Shown here: one piece after another, positions 1-12,670 of the stretch
Layout of the letters: every line of letters begins with the position of its first letter
Position numbering within the stretch: position 1 is the first letter of the stretch
Source of the DNA: Neolecta irregularis DAH-3
Taxonomy: Eukaryota
Length of the DNA: 37,882 nucleotides
Direction of reading: 5' to 3'
NCBI GenBank assembly: GCA_001929475.1
Contig: LXFE01004415.1
Span: 1 to 37,882 of the forward strand
Notes under the pieces: model-generated
What the model was told of the DNA's origin: nothing
Database searches by the model: none
Seen by the model: only the letters and a program-made list of their open reading frames with translations
Position numbers and translations under genes: made by a program

Positions 1-63
1 AACTAGGTCATTGGATCGGTCTGGCTCGCCATCGGTCTCTCGTATAGGGGAAATGCGGCCGGT

Positions 64-257
64 TGTATCACTGGGTCTAGTTTAGAGAAGTTTCTTATCT
101 TTTATTTTTATTAGCTTACTTGGTTTTCCGAGCCACTTGGCATAGCGTGTGTTCTGCGGATAGGATAAAAGGGCTGCGAAGGTTTCTTTTATAAGGAGAG
201 GATACTGTCTGAATAGCGAGTCAAGTCTTTTCTTTGATAACTTGATTCCTCGCTACA
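64..257 (-). mobile_element. Possible solo LTR (~194 bp)
   Basis: Minus strand begins TGTAGC and ends GATACA (TG...CA with a short imperfect inverted repeat), with an internal TATAAAA followed by two AATAAA. No target-site duplication or internal ORF. Confidence 0.35.
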
Positions 258-340
258 AGGCCCCGCCCTAGCACAACAAAGCTTCAACCCCATTCCCACC
301 AAGGACCTACCATTCGTCAAAGCAGTCAAAACTCACTGTG

Positions 341-524
341 AACACTGATTGGACCTGTGTGCTAACAGGCCCATGGGCCGGATGGGCCGGGCTTTTTGGA
401 TGGGCCGGGCTTTTTCCATAGTCGAGTCCATGAAGACTTTTAATGGGCCGGATTAAGTCCATGGTCCATCCACAACACTGGCATCCGGCGGCGGCGTTAA
501 GCCGCCCGCCCGCTGGACACACTG
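341..524 (-). mobile_element. Possible DNA-transposon end relic(s) with GC-rich subterminal repeats
   Basis: Minus-strand CAGTGT-type termini at 524 (CAGTGTGTCC), 480 (CAGTGTTGTG) and 347 (CAGTGTT). Repeated ATGGGCCGG motifs at about 373-451, including a tandem GGATGGGCCGGGCTTTTT. GGCGGC-GTTAA-GCCGCC hairpin near 490-506. No transposase. Confidence 0.35.
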
Positions 525-861
525 CTTTGCAGGAAATCTTGAACAGAAGGAAGTCGGAAAGATAAGCTATTATCATTTTGCATCTGGAGTTATAGGTAAG
601 AATGGGTGCAAAACACTGGTCATGATCTGAAATGATTATCAAATGAACTTGAGTCCCCTCACAAGTAGTATATCTAGAAATATAACTACCTAGATGGTCT
701 TTTATTAATAAAACAATATCCGGCTTCAAAATCGTTATCCATATCCAGATGGGTTTACCAAAGTCGGTGCTTTTATATTGGAAGCAAAAAACATGGGGGG
801 TTTAAGAGCACGTGCCATTGAGTACTTCACCATTACTTGTGCCAAATATCGAGTCCGGTCA

Positions 862-1949
862 ATGTCAGACAGCACAGAACTGGCGGTGCGGCCTAACGAC
901 AACACTATAACAGCCGCAGTGCCGCCTCTGAAAAAGTTGAAACGCCCTGCAGTTGTTCTCGAGGAAGATGAGTATATTGAAGCGCTGAGTAAGATCATCG
1001 AACGCGATTTCTTTCCCCAACTGGCCGAACTTCGCGCCTACAATGAGTATATGGATGCCCTGCAATCAAAGAACGCAGTGTGGATAGAGTCATCTGCAAG
1101 GAGGCTTGCAAATCCGGAGCAACCCAAAGAGAAAGATACCGAGAAATATGATATGAGTAAACGGCTGGATACTTTCCAGGCCATGTACACGAGCGAAGAC
1201 AACGCCTCATTCATTGGACTACTTGATCATACAAATGAACAGAGGAGAAAAGCCCGTCAGTGGGCATGGGAGGGTAATCGGATCAAGAACAACTCGAGAA
1301 CCAAAGACAACCATAACCAGATCGCCTGTATCGACAACCGGCCAGCTTCTGTTCAGAGTTGGAACCATAATGTATTTTGCGTCTTATGTGGATTTTACTA
1401 ATAGTACAGCCCATGAACTCATTGATGTATTTTCCAGAGGGCATTGATGAACCTCTGGTCTGTGACCGTTCAGCTCCAAAAGTCATTTCGCACGCGGCGA
1501 CCCGCCTGCAAACTCTAAAAGACACGTTGGAAGAACCTGCATTATCTAAAGAATCCTCTACAGTCACATCGACCAACGAGCCTTCTGTTCGTGGATATAC
1601 ATTCGTTGATCCAGAAGCCGCTCCCGCGGAACTCGGTGCCCCTCCACTGACTTGGGGTTCTATCGAATCAACTCCCTTGAGGATAACAAGGACACCAGGA
1701 TTCAAAATGCAGGAAATGCCGCGGCGCGATATCTTGGCCTCAAAACTAGTTGACAAGAACTCTAAAAGTCGAAAGATTCCCAAGTTCAGCAGTGGTCCAG
1801 ATCTCAAAAAGGCTATGATGAGTCCTGCAGGCCAGAGATTACTAGGAATGACGAGCGGTGATAGCAATAGTCTACGGACTGCATTGAGAACGCCTGCTCG
1901 GAGTAGACTGAAAGAAGGGTGGACGGTCACACCCAAGGGAAAAATGTGA
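862..1949 (+). CDS. ESS2: Splicing factor ESS2/DGCR14 (S. pombe Bis1-like)
   Basis: Motifs VLEEDEYIEALSKIIERDFFPQL, LDTFQAMYTSEDNASF, NSLMYFPEG, GYTFV, PPLTWGSIESTP and MSPAGQRLL. One 38-nt GT-AG intron (1372-1409) joins the two ORFs in frame. Confidence 0.9.
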
Positions 1950-2054
1950 GTTTTACTTTTCTGGAGTTAGGTTTATAAATCTTTGTAGATCATTATAATA
2001 ATATGTCCTCTCACTCATATTTCTATCCACAAATCAGTCAAGTTGATCGATTTT

Positions 2055-3066
2055 TCATCTTTCAGAGCCATCGACACTAGGCTTCCCAGATTCTCTCCTT
2101 GCTTTGGCCCTCTTGGTCCCTTTGAAAATCATATTATCAATCCCAATGTTATCAATCTCAAATTTTAAAGCGGTAATGATCAGGTCTAAAAAATTGAACT
2201 TACGCAATTCATTCTCTTTAGCCCATCTCCTACGTCTCTCTTCTTCTTTCTGTAATAACGCCATATCTCCGATGTCTTGGGCATGAACGCGACGATCTTT
2301 TACTATCGCGAGGAGATTGAAGCGTATTTCATTCGCGGGATATGCGTTGATTCGTTGTTGAATTACTTGGACCACTTTTTCGGGGAAAGAAGAGCAGGTT
2401 CCGTGGTTTATAGGAGCTTCTCTTAGACCGTCTAATTCAAACAACTGGCCGGCGTGTTCTAGATATGCAATAAAATGGAAAACATCGTCATCATCCGTAG
2501 CGGTTTTGACATCCTCGTTGACCCAGGGTTCATTTCGTGCAAAGCTGTTATGGACGCTTCGAATGAGCTCTGTCAGTTAGAATTATCGAGAAGGATGACA
2601 ACCCGAATTACTTAATGCTTCACCTCGAAATTCGGAAGGTAGGTGTTGAGAAAATTCTTTAAATTGAAGTAACTCTGGTCCTAGCTCAATTTCTGGACGG
2701 TTAAGCAAAACAGAAAGGATTGCTTGTGTTGCGCAGGCGTTGTTGATAGTCTAAATATGGATCAGTGTGAAAAATGTAAAAGTGATCCAAATACCTGATT
2801 TGCAAAACACATATCATGCGATGCATCGTAATCCAATCGTCCAAACATTTCCTGCTTCCCGGATCCAACATACTTGAAAAGAAAAATAACTCCATACGGC
2901 CTAGAAAGCTGTAAACATAATTTAACTGGGACTATTACAAAAGTGAACCAAGTTCCGCTACATCTAAAGAGTACAATTCTTCCACCTGTACATGTTTCGT
3001 GCCTAACGATTCGATCAAGGATGTGAAAACTCCGGGATCAGATTCGATGAGTTGCCACCCAGACAT
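2055..3066 (-). CDS. UCH37: Ubiquitin C-terminal hydrolase, UCH37/UCHL5 family (Uch2-like)
   Basis: [15 protein letters not shown], catalytic [35 protein letters not shown] and C-terminal ENELRKFNF. Introns at 2901-2938, 2751-2794 and 2570-2602. Confidence 0.92.
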
Positions 3067-4137
3067 TGCTGGTAGTTTATGTCAAGTGTTCTCTGTTGCA
3101 TGCGGACTTGGTTTATGATGCACTTTGCATAATCTCTACATAGTTCACGAGATGAAATATGCGTTTAATCTCGTTTCTGTTTTTCGTAACGACTAGATTT
3201 AAACCCGAGATATCTTTCGTTGGACCTCTCAAAAGGGGTGGATGAATTTACCAGACATCAATGATAACCGTGAACTTTCAATTTCAAAAAGCTGATATCG
3301 CTTTGCCTTGATCTCTTGAATGGCTCATTTGATAAAGGGTAAAGGTACCCTATTTCTGTGCTTACAAAATGCACATTTGCTGTGGGATTGAGTTATTGGT
3401 GCTACCCTTAAAGCAGTGTATCCTTCAAATCTTTGCTCTTATGACACGATTTGGAAAGTGTTCGGGACAGCTTTCCTACTGCTGTGTATCTTGCTCCAAT
3501 GAATTACACCTGGACAAGAGATGTAACTAAAACTCTTGTCTAGTGATCTCATGACGACATGTAAAGACACCGATTGTGGTTCCGTCTTTAGAAGACAAAT
3601 TAACAAGCCATAATTACTCCTGTTTAACTTGCTTAACCTGATTTACCTCTTTTAAGTAAGAATGGAATTGAGTATCATGAAAATTCCCTAATCTATTTTA
3701 TTAATGACGACTCAGCAAACCTGTAATGAATAGCTCGGCAAATATGGATGACTCTGAAAGTGAAATGACTATGTTGCAAAACACGGGATAGTCATTTAGG
3801 GAATTTAAAATCGATCAAAAAGCTTTGGTATAACAAAGACAGGATTTGCTATCAAATACAGTTGCGTACTCCAACCAACAGATACTGATGGAGACATACA
3901 GTGTAATGATTGGAATCGTACAGTCCCAGATAAAGGCGAGTAAGGAGCACAACGTAGTGCTAGAGACTGCAACATTCCCCACAGTAAAAAAGCAAGAGGG
4001 ACAGTAAGCAGCAATCGAAATATCCTTTGGTCTAATTTCGACTGAGACGAAATATAAGGCAGAGAAGCACAAACGGAAGTGAAAGAAAAAAAACATCGCA
4101 TCCCAGTGAAATCGCAATAATAAAATGAGTCAAATAC

Positions 4138-4855
4138 TCAGCGATCTTCAGCCCACTCGTTTTCTTTTCGAATTTGCGCCTAGTAATTGAGTATACCATA
4201 GACATAAAGAAAAAGACCTCCTCCTCAGGGGTAAAATCGTTGACAATATTGAAAGCCTTTCGGATTTCTTCTGGCGACTTTCCTTTTATCATGTTGGCGA
4301 CAGTTTTACATCCAACGTCAAGAAGTGGTTTTATGTCCATGTAATTCGCTGCCTAAAATGATTGTTAACATATGAAGGAGCAAGATCACGATTCGATTTA
4401 GGTTAAAAATGGTGAAAGCTTCATCGGCGTGATGAATGCGGGAGAGGACATACTAGAATGATTTCAAACAGCATTTCTTGGTCAACCTGCATGAACTTTT
4501 GGTCCCATTCTTCGATATCAGTGCTCTTTTTTCGCGTATCGTCAACCTCTTCTTCTAAGGCAACTGGGTCTGCTCGGTGGTGATCGCAGTATTCCAGAAC
4601 CTGTGGTGCTTAGCCCAAGGATGTAACACATAGCACATCGGCAGTACCTTCTTGAGAACAGGAGTGGTAACGTTTTGCAATGGGATGGCATCTTCACTCT
4701 CACCAACATCAGCAATCATATGTTTGATGAGGATGCTTCGTTCGGCGACTTCGCGATCTGTGCAGACGTTAGGATATGCCACACAATTAGACGCAGGTTG
4801 TTATACCGACCGAAATAACCACGCCATCGCTGGACTGGAGGTTTACTTTGGGCAT
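4138..4855 (-). CDS. SKP1: SCF E3 ligase adaptor Skp1
   Basis: [74 protein letters not shown] and C-terminal ENEWAEDR. Four GT-AG introns. Confidence 0.97.
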
Positions 4856-5121
4856 GACAAGTATGGGTTGCGATAGCTAGAATAGGCGACGGGGGCAGCT
4901 GGTTAGGTGTTGGTGAGGCGGCTGAAACAAGCCCAAGTCGCTCACGACGAAGCAAGATTTATAAACGGCCTTTTGCAATCAGTGCAAGTTCAAAATGATT
5001 CTGTTTGAGAAATCCCAAATGTCGTGCTCCAAGTGTTCTGCATGAATAAAACGATATTCCTTTCTGTTTTATCTATCGCCGTGTCCAACTCGAGAGCGTG
5101 TTCTGGTGTCTCCAGAACTTA

Positions 5122-6704
5122 ATGTTTTTTCTTACAAAGAAGCGGGCACTCTACGGTCTTCTAGTCCTTTTTCGACTTTATTTTGCCTTTCAGCCTTCGT
5201 ATATCCATCCTGACGAGCATTTTCAGGGCCCAGAGGTCTTGGCGGGTAAGGCGCTCGCTTACATTTTGATTTGTAACAAGGCATTTCAGGAGATTTATTC
5301 AAATGGGAGACAATCAAGACATGGGACTTCAGTTCAGATAAACCAATCCGTGGAATCCTTCCGTTGTGGATCTTTTATGCAATTCCGTTATTATCAACAC
5401 ATCTCTCGCGAGGTTATTTTTTCATTCAATCCTTCTGATTTCAGCCTATTTAAATCCAACATCGATATTCTATGCTTTACGTGCAGCGTTCTTTGTATAT
5501 TCATTCGTGATAGGTCTCACATGTCCTACTGAAAAGTTTAATATTGTATAGATTTATCACTTTACTTCTTAACACAAGACTTTACCTCGGTGCTCGTTTA
5601 CGCTTCAAGTTATATTACATGGACATATCAAACTCATACACTTTCAAACTCTCTCGAAGCGATTATATTGCCATTGATCATTGTAAAAGGGAAACAGTTG
5701 AAGATTATGGTTGTTTTTCCGTACTGTGATTTCACTATTCTGATCCCCAGAATAATCCTGTTACAGCAATGATGTTTGGAGGCCTTGTATCAATTGGGAT
5801 ATTTACCCGTGTGACTTATCCTATATTTATACTTCCAACCTGCTTAGAACTTATTCCACTGTTCGCCCGACGGTATCCATCATCCTTCTCGTAATGAGCT
5901 TATACCTTAGTCCGCTCCAGATATTCATCGTGAGCATGTCTTTCATGTTCATCAGCAGCATGTGTATCGCCGCGGATTCATATTACTATTCATCATTTCA
6001 AATAACCCCTCTTAATAACCTTCGATACAATACCCAATCTACCAATCTCTCAAAACATGGGCTCCATCCCCGACTGACACACCTGCTCGTAAATCTTCCG
6101 ATGTTGCTTGGGCCAGGATTATTCATCCGACCCTCGTACATCCCAAATATCATCTCGGCTATCGTTATCCTTAGTATGATACCGCATCAAGAAGTTCGGT
6201 TCCTTCAACCACTGGTATCGTTATGGCTCGCAGGGCGCAAGCCTAGGTACAAACTATGGTGGTGGTTGTGGATATTATTCAATATTTTCATGGCGACACT
6301 GATGGGATCCTATCACCAAGCTGGAGTTATACCAATGCAAACTCACATCAGAGAGGTATCTAGCGGTGAAGTCGTATGGTGGAAAACATACCCCCCTCCA
6401 TCTTACATTCTTGGTTCAAATAATATCTCCACTTTTCACGCCATAGGATATGATAAAGAAGCCCTTTTCGAATATACCACCTCGCATAACTCATCGTGTG
6501 CTGCCCTCCCCTTTTCTTGTTAACGTGTATAGGTATCTTGTCCTTCCTACCCTACTGAAAGACTCCTTTGAAGGATTCTATGAGGTTTTTCGCTATAAAT
6601 CCCATATTGGATTCGATGATTTGGATTTTAGTGATAGTATACTGGTTGGACTGAAAAATATTTGGTCTTTGAGAGGTTTGAGTTTAATGCAGAGATTGGA
6701 TTAG
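5122..6704 (+). CDS. SMP3: GPI mannosyltransferase 4 (Smp3/PIG-Z, GT22)
   Basis: [31 protein letters not shown]...[33 protein letters not shown] and WWKTYPPP; multi-membrane hydrophobic pattern. Six short GT-AG introns. Confidence 0.93.
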
Positions 6705-8480
6705 ATTTATAAGATCGAATTTTGCAACCGTTCATATTGATTTAACCCTAACAGTATTAATGATAGACCAACCAGTGAATCAATTGCCGGAAGATAACTG
6801 TAACAAGATATCTTTACTACTATGATGAGTAGGTAACACAAAAGATAAGGCACTACAGGATGCACAAGGAGTGTACAAAGAATGATGAGAATATAGGCCA
6901 ATGCGCATCAACCAGCCAGCCTTCCACAATAAGAAATAATTAGACAAGAGAAAATATAACAAAGTAGAAGCCCCTCTATCAATGCCCTGGAACCGGCAAG
7001 ATAGGATGAATGACGGTATGAGAAAACGGTGAGAAGTCCGGGAAAAATAAGTATTCTGTTGACCGTGCTACAAGCTGTCTCTTCTCTCCAAATTGAACAC
7101 ATTTTAGCAAGAGCTTTCGTAAATGAGGAGATTCTGGGTTGAGATGATTCAGCCTCTCCTTATTTTTCCGCTATAGTTTTCATTCTACGAAACAGCTGTT
7201 AGGACGCCTCCGAGCCCGTGAGTCACTTCCTTCTCTTTGCTCCGCTTCACTTTCAGCTCTCTCCTGAGTTACCGTTATAAATTTTTTTCTTTGGGAGATC
7301 TAGGGATGCTCTTCATCCCCCGAGTCCAGGTGTAAGTGTTGAAGCTCGAGTTCGGATAAGACCAGGTTTTATTATACTAGCCTAAGTGAGTGAACTTAGA
7401 TAAGGAACGCCAATCTACTTTATATAATACAATTTAAAATGCCGCAATATTATTTCAAGCCTTCCTTCCGTAATGGTAAGCTCTACCCGATGGTATATGC
7501 TTACACCAGCTTTCCTCTCGTTCACCTGACTCAACCTCCGCTGTTCTCTTGTTTCTCCTCGATAATAAGCCTCTGTATACTGCACACCAGTAGCACAAGA
7601 CTAGTAAGCCCTTATTGTCATTATTTTAAATATAAACAAGGATACAGTTACTGGTAATGGTATGCTCTCTTCAGAGTAACAATACTGGTTAGAGCATTCA
7701 GTCTCTTGATACCCAGTAGTGTCCTTTATATATCCTGATATATACTGGATTACACAGAGTGTCTCGGTCTAACTAGTAGTTTGTCCACATGGCATTCTAA
7801 ATGACCATACATTTGTGAGCGGTAGATAATCTCTTATCAACGAGCCCCATGATCAACATTTCTAAAAAAACATACATCACAAATATAATATTATATTCAT
7901 TCCTATTGATTAAATTTATAATATGATGCCATGGTGCTTTGACACCCTTGATAGAAAGAGCCGGAATCGAAGCACCTGTACAGTCGTCACTCCATTGTAG
8001 TTTTTTAAAATTATACCGTAGTTCGTATCCGCCGTTCATTGAAGCTAAAGAAAGGGCTATATTTCACATATCGAATGCAGCAGCGACTATCTCGCCTATT
8101 CGATGCGACATTCGCAAGTTCACCTACATAAGGCACAAGGTCCGAAGTTGTCGGGGTGGCATGAAATTTTCTTCTTCAAAGATTTCTCTTGCAATAACTT
8201 GCAATCGTGTATTTTCCCCTATTTTTGATCGACATTGCCATTTGAAATCACTTTATAAATATACAGATGTTATCTCGGATTCGCACATTTCATCACACTT
8301 TTGGACTGACCGAAACCAAGACTTCTGAACAAGTGTATCAATACACGCTTGGCTAGTCCTTCGATTTTCTGACTCGCCCTCGTATTATGAAACGCAGTTG
8401 TGACCGTCTTATACAGGAACAGTTATCGGCAGACAATGTGTAAGCTAGAGGTATCTTTCATCGCGATAATAGTCAGAAAA

Positions 8481-11370
8481 ATGAGGGATCCTTCGACATT
8501 TATCGAGCCCTTTCAGGATCTGTTTGAAGGCAGTAACATACGAGTTACACGTCGTATGAAGCAAGAAGTCCTCGGCATACGGAATATAAGCGATAAACAC
8601 AAGAGCTCAAGGCATATAAAACCACCAAGACCTCATAAGAGAAGTATCAATTGGAACCCTGATCAATCTTCACATGTGCAAAATCGGGATATTGACTATC
8701 CCAGTATTCAAAATATGGATCCTATGACAGCTGATGCTATAAATCCATCACTCGTTCGAAGGCGCTTATTTTCAAGTAGTGAATGGTTCATGCAGCCTGA
8801 AGCCTTCCAGTTTGGCTCCTCGCGAGCGGACTCGAGTTTCACCACGCTTCAAGAGCCAAATGCAGAGAAATTTCAAATACCACCCATTCCTATCATTGGA
8901 TCGGCCCTACCTTATCGGGTTGAAAACACCTCAAGACTACCTTTCAGATCTCAGATATCTGACCATGAAGAATTTCATGTGAGGACTAGGGACTCAGCTT
9001 TTAAAAAGATCTCTCTTGCACAAAATGACACTCCAGGTCTCCAAAGATTCACAGGCGAACATGCGAATTTCCAGAACCTGATTCCACAAGCCGTAGACGT
9101 ATCAACAAGCCTTACTACGAGCATCGGTCCGTTCATGCAACAAGACAGACCGGCCCAGTTCGAAAGATATCCAATCCACCTCGTTCCAAGCGCCCCGAAG
9201 GATGTCCCGCATGTTCCCGGTACCTGGCAGAAATATCCTTCGCTAATTCCTTTGATACCTAAGCCTCCTTTAAAAGTTCAACCGAACGGAAAATCTCTCG
9301 GTTTTTCAACTGATCATATTCCTGTTCAGAAAATCACCCAAAATCATAGACGAGCTTCAGGACATTACCCCAATAATTTTGGGAATGAATATATCCAATC
9401 TCATGTTCACTGCACAAATCAAAAACCGGAGTGTATTGGAAAACCCAAGGTTTGGGCCAATACACGTCAGGAACTTTGCGAAGGTTTGTCATATTTTCGG
9501 AGCTATCAAGGAGGGTGTTATTACCACAATGGTCTTGTTTTCGGTTACCTTGTAGATGGGTTCGGTTCTCCACGTGATTACGTCGGACCCAATGTCGTGA
9601 TAAGTCATGGTGGAGGAAAATCACAGATGGATCCAAAAACAGGTATCTGTACACTGCAGGACGATCAGCTTGTTACGGACAAGGCTATTTCCGCTCTCCT
9701 AAATAACTTTGCGAAAAACATCCCGCTTGTACTTTTGATTGGGAAAAATTGTGATGCGGCTCCGGCGAAGTTGTGTACGCCGTACGCAGTGATGGATTGG
9801 TTCGTAATCACATATATGTGGGTAGGACCGTCAAGCATTGGTATATCATGCTAAGGTTCAGCCCGAGAAGGATCCCATATCTGGGTTCATTCGCTGGAAA
9901 TTGAAATTCGAAAAGCTCACACCAGGCCCTGGCTGGTGGACACCGATCACATTGCAAACATCCAAAATGTACTCCGATGAGAACGGCCTCGGAATTTTCG
10001 AAAGCACATCGACTTCTTTTGCTGACTACAGGAGTAAATTTGACCAAGCAGCAATGAATTTCGGTGATCAGGCATCCTGCCTATGCTGTCATCGACCGTT
10101 CGTGCGTGTTTTCGAGGAGGATTGGACCTGTCTCAATTCTGAATGTGCTTGGTTTTGGCATAATAGCTCCTGCAGGGACCTATCAGAGCATGCCAACTAT
10201 AGCAAAGAGTTTCTCAGCCTGACGTTACAACCCACCACAATTGTACCTCACGATCTACGTATTCCTCTTCCTCGCAATGCCGATGAATTTTACAATAGCA
10301 AAGACATTTCAAAAATCTTTTGGCGGGGTTTTTGTTGCGCCGTGTGCGGGAAGGTATCTTGCAGAGAATTCTGGAGGGGTTGGATTTGTTCAGGATGCGG
10401 TTTCGAGTTTTGTCCTCCGCGTACGACATATACCGCAGCATCACTTGCCTGCCCATATGCTCCTGTTTATACAGGCCTACCTATTATCACCGGGGACCGA
10501 ATCTTCCATGAATCTGGTGTCCAGTCCGAGGAATTTACACTTGAGAACATGCGAGTCGCTAAATACAGCCTGAAAGATTGCGGATATGTATACCATATTG
10601 TAGCAAATCAGTCCGGGAATATCGAAGCTGATGATCTCTTTTATCGCTACCAAACAGAAAACGTCAAATTCCAGCGGCATGAGCTAACGACTCATCGCAG
10701 TAGGAGCTCCTATATTTTTGAGTTCAATATCTGATTGATCGTTAGTAACTGGTCGTCTGCTAACACAACAATTCACCTTCAATGCTGGTAAATCATACAA
10801 ACACGTTGTCTCCATGAACACAACACCATTCGACGAAACACCTGCAGTTATTAGAGATACATTAACTGCCTTGAATAACCGGATTAGAAAGGTTAACCTC
10901 GGTGTTGATCCGAGATTCAACGAAATTCTCAGCATTGCATATATGGAGGGCCAAAAGATGGGATATCACGATGATGGTGAAGAATCTGTAGGGGATGTGA
11001 TCGCTTCTATTTCTTTCGGATCATCCGCCACCATGAGATTTCGTAGAAAGAAAAAACTGTTGAAGCCTACCACAGCCAAAGCCGGAATTGATAACCTCGA
11101 CTTACCAGATATTCAATCCGGTATGAACAACCGGCAGCTACCTGTACCTGGAAAGGTTGTTCTTGAACTCAAATTGAATCATGGCGATGTAATGATAATG
11201 TGGGGTCGACGTATCCAACGAGATTATGTAGTATAATTCTTCTCCGCTGTCTAGTTTGCTCATCTTAGCACACAGTTATTCCAGAGGGTTTGCGAATCGC
11301 GGCGACGGCAAGAAACCTTAATGTGCCAGAGTCTACAGTATTTGGTGAGAGATGGAGAGCTTCTGGATGA
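8481..11370 (+). CDS. Fungal AlkB-family 2OG-Fe(II) dioxygenase with N-terminal SRA/YDG-like and Cys-rich regions
   Basis: C-terminal FNEILSIAY...MGYHDDGE...IASISFGSSATMRFR...LNHGDVMIMWG...H...RIAATAR (HxD, distal H, RxxxxxR). SRA-like block at about 9436-9920; several CxxC pairs at about 10078-10460. Introns at 9822-9861, 10700-10745 and 11231-11268. Start codon uncertain. Confidence 0.8.
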
Positions 11371-12670
11371 TCTATCCACTCAAATCCCACAAACAAAAAC
11401 CCCTATATTCACCAACCGAAACTGTACTTTTTTGCATGGCCAAGAAATATATCGCCTTCGGATTGTAGAGTCACTTCCATCCGTTATACCGGCGTCGAGC
11501 GTATATCGAGATGATATCGTAGTCTCGACTCCGTTCCACGCGCCTAAGGGCCTGACCTCTTAAATACCATCAAGTCGCAATTATTCCGGGTGAACGATAG
11601 GTGCACAAGGTTTGTAACCTAGCCTATACTCAGATGAATGGGCTCATTTTTGCAAATGCCAATTATCTCTTCCTATGATATCATTTACATCAGAAGGGTT
11701 TCTCGTTCCACTTGGGTCATTATTGTGATGGTGCGGTAGCCCTTAATCGGTACTTATTACTGTTCATTATATTTCAACATATCGCCCATCCCTCTGGCGA
11801 TAGGCTAGGTAGGGTAGTTTAGTATTTGTGTTAATGGAGGTATGGCTTAATAGTCATTGTTTGACACCAAAATGTTCAGTCAAATGTTCAGTGATGCCTC
11901 CCATTAGCCTGTCAATGAGGCCTGTGTGATTAGCTATTACACCAGAAACTGATTTTGGTTGAAAATGACAAACAAGGGGAAGAAAAATGCCCAAGTCTGA
12001 AGCAATCAACCAGAATAAGTATGCTAGAGCATTCTACTTCTTCCTATTATTTACTTTGGAGATTTCAAAAAGAAATTTGAACGAGCCTCAATTTCGTCCT
12101 AAGCGGGGTTGCATTTGTTCAACTTACATCGGTAGATATCACTATACCCAGGGCAAACTGGCCAGGTGACACATTTCACACGCCAGATATGTTCGATATC
12201 GAGCCTTCTGAAAACCTATGGAATGGAGTCGAGAATTTATCAAACCTTAGAAATATTGAGTATGACATGAAATTGATCAACTCAACGTTTCTTGACGAAG
12301 TTCTCGTTATCTTGTTTTGGATACCTCGCCTGAAAATACTGGTGCAGAGGCTCAAAAATGGAATCGTTTCATAAGTCAATCAGATCGCTATAAATTGTGG
12401 GAAAACGGAATATGGTGGTCCATTTCAGCAGCCTGTTCGAAAAAGCATGGTGGACACCGGCTGAACAGGCTCGCTGTGCGAGGTCTTGTGCGACCCAGTA
12501 CTTTTAAGACAACTTTGAAGATTGGTAGGCGATTGCAAATGACACATGTCCAGATAGGAAGAGACCTTGAAGCATCAAAGTCTAAATTTTGATCAACCAG
12601 TGCAAGATATAACTTGTGGGAAGCAACACCTAGGACATATTTATTACACAACATATCGAAATCTCATGTT

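Noticed and set aside
307-729. 140-aa ORF with repeated KSPAHP
   Set aside because: The peptide repeat simply reflects the DNA repeat; no protein family signal.
1283-1936. 217-aa minus-strand ORF
   Set aside because: Antisense shadow of ESS2.
3067-4137. Hidden gene between UCH37 and SKP1
   Set aside because: No consistent spliced frame or motif was found; part of it is probably SKP1 3' UTR.
11617-11810. 11-bp inverted repeat ACCTAGCCTAT/ATAGGCTAGGT with a CTGA near one arm (MITE or C/D snoRNA?)
   Set aside because: An 11-bp match within 200 bp is expected about once or twice by chance in 38 kb. There is no canonical C box, no TSD and no convincing long rRNA guide.
12180-12225. PDMFDIEPSENLW resembling the Tc1 SPDLNPIENLW motif
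   Set aside because: The spacing is wrong, and there are no other DDE motifs or terminal repeats.
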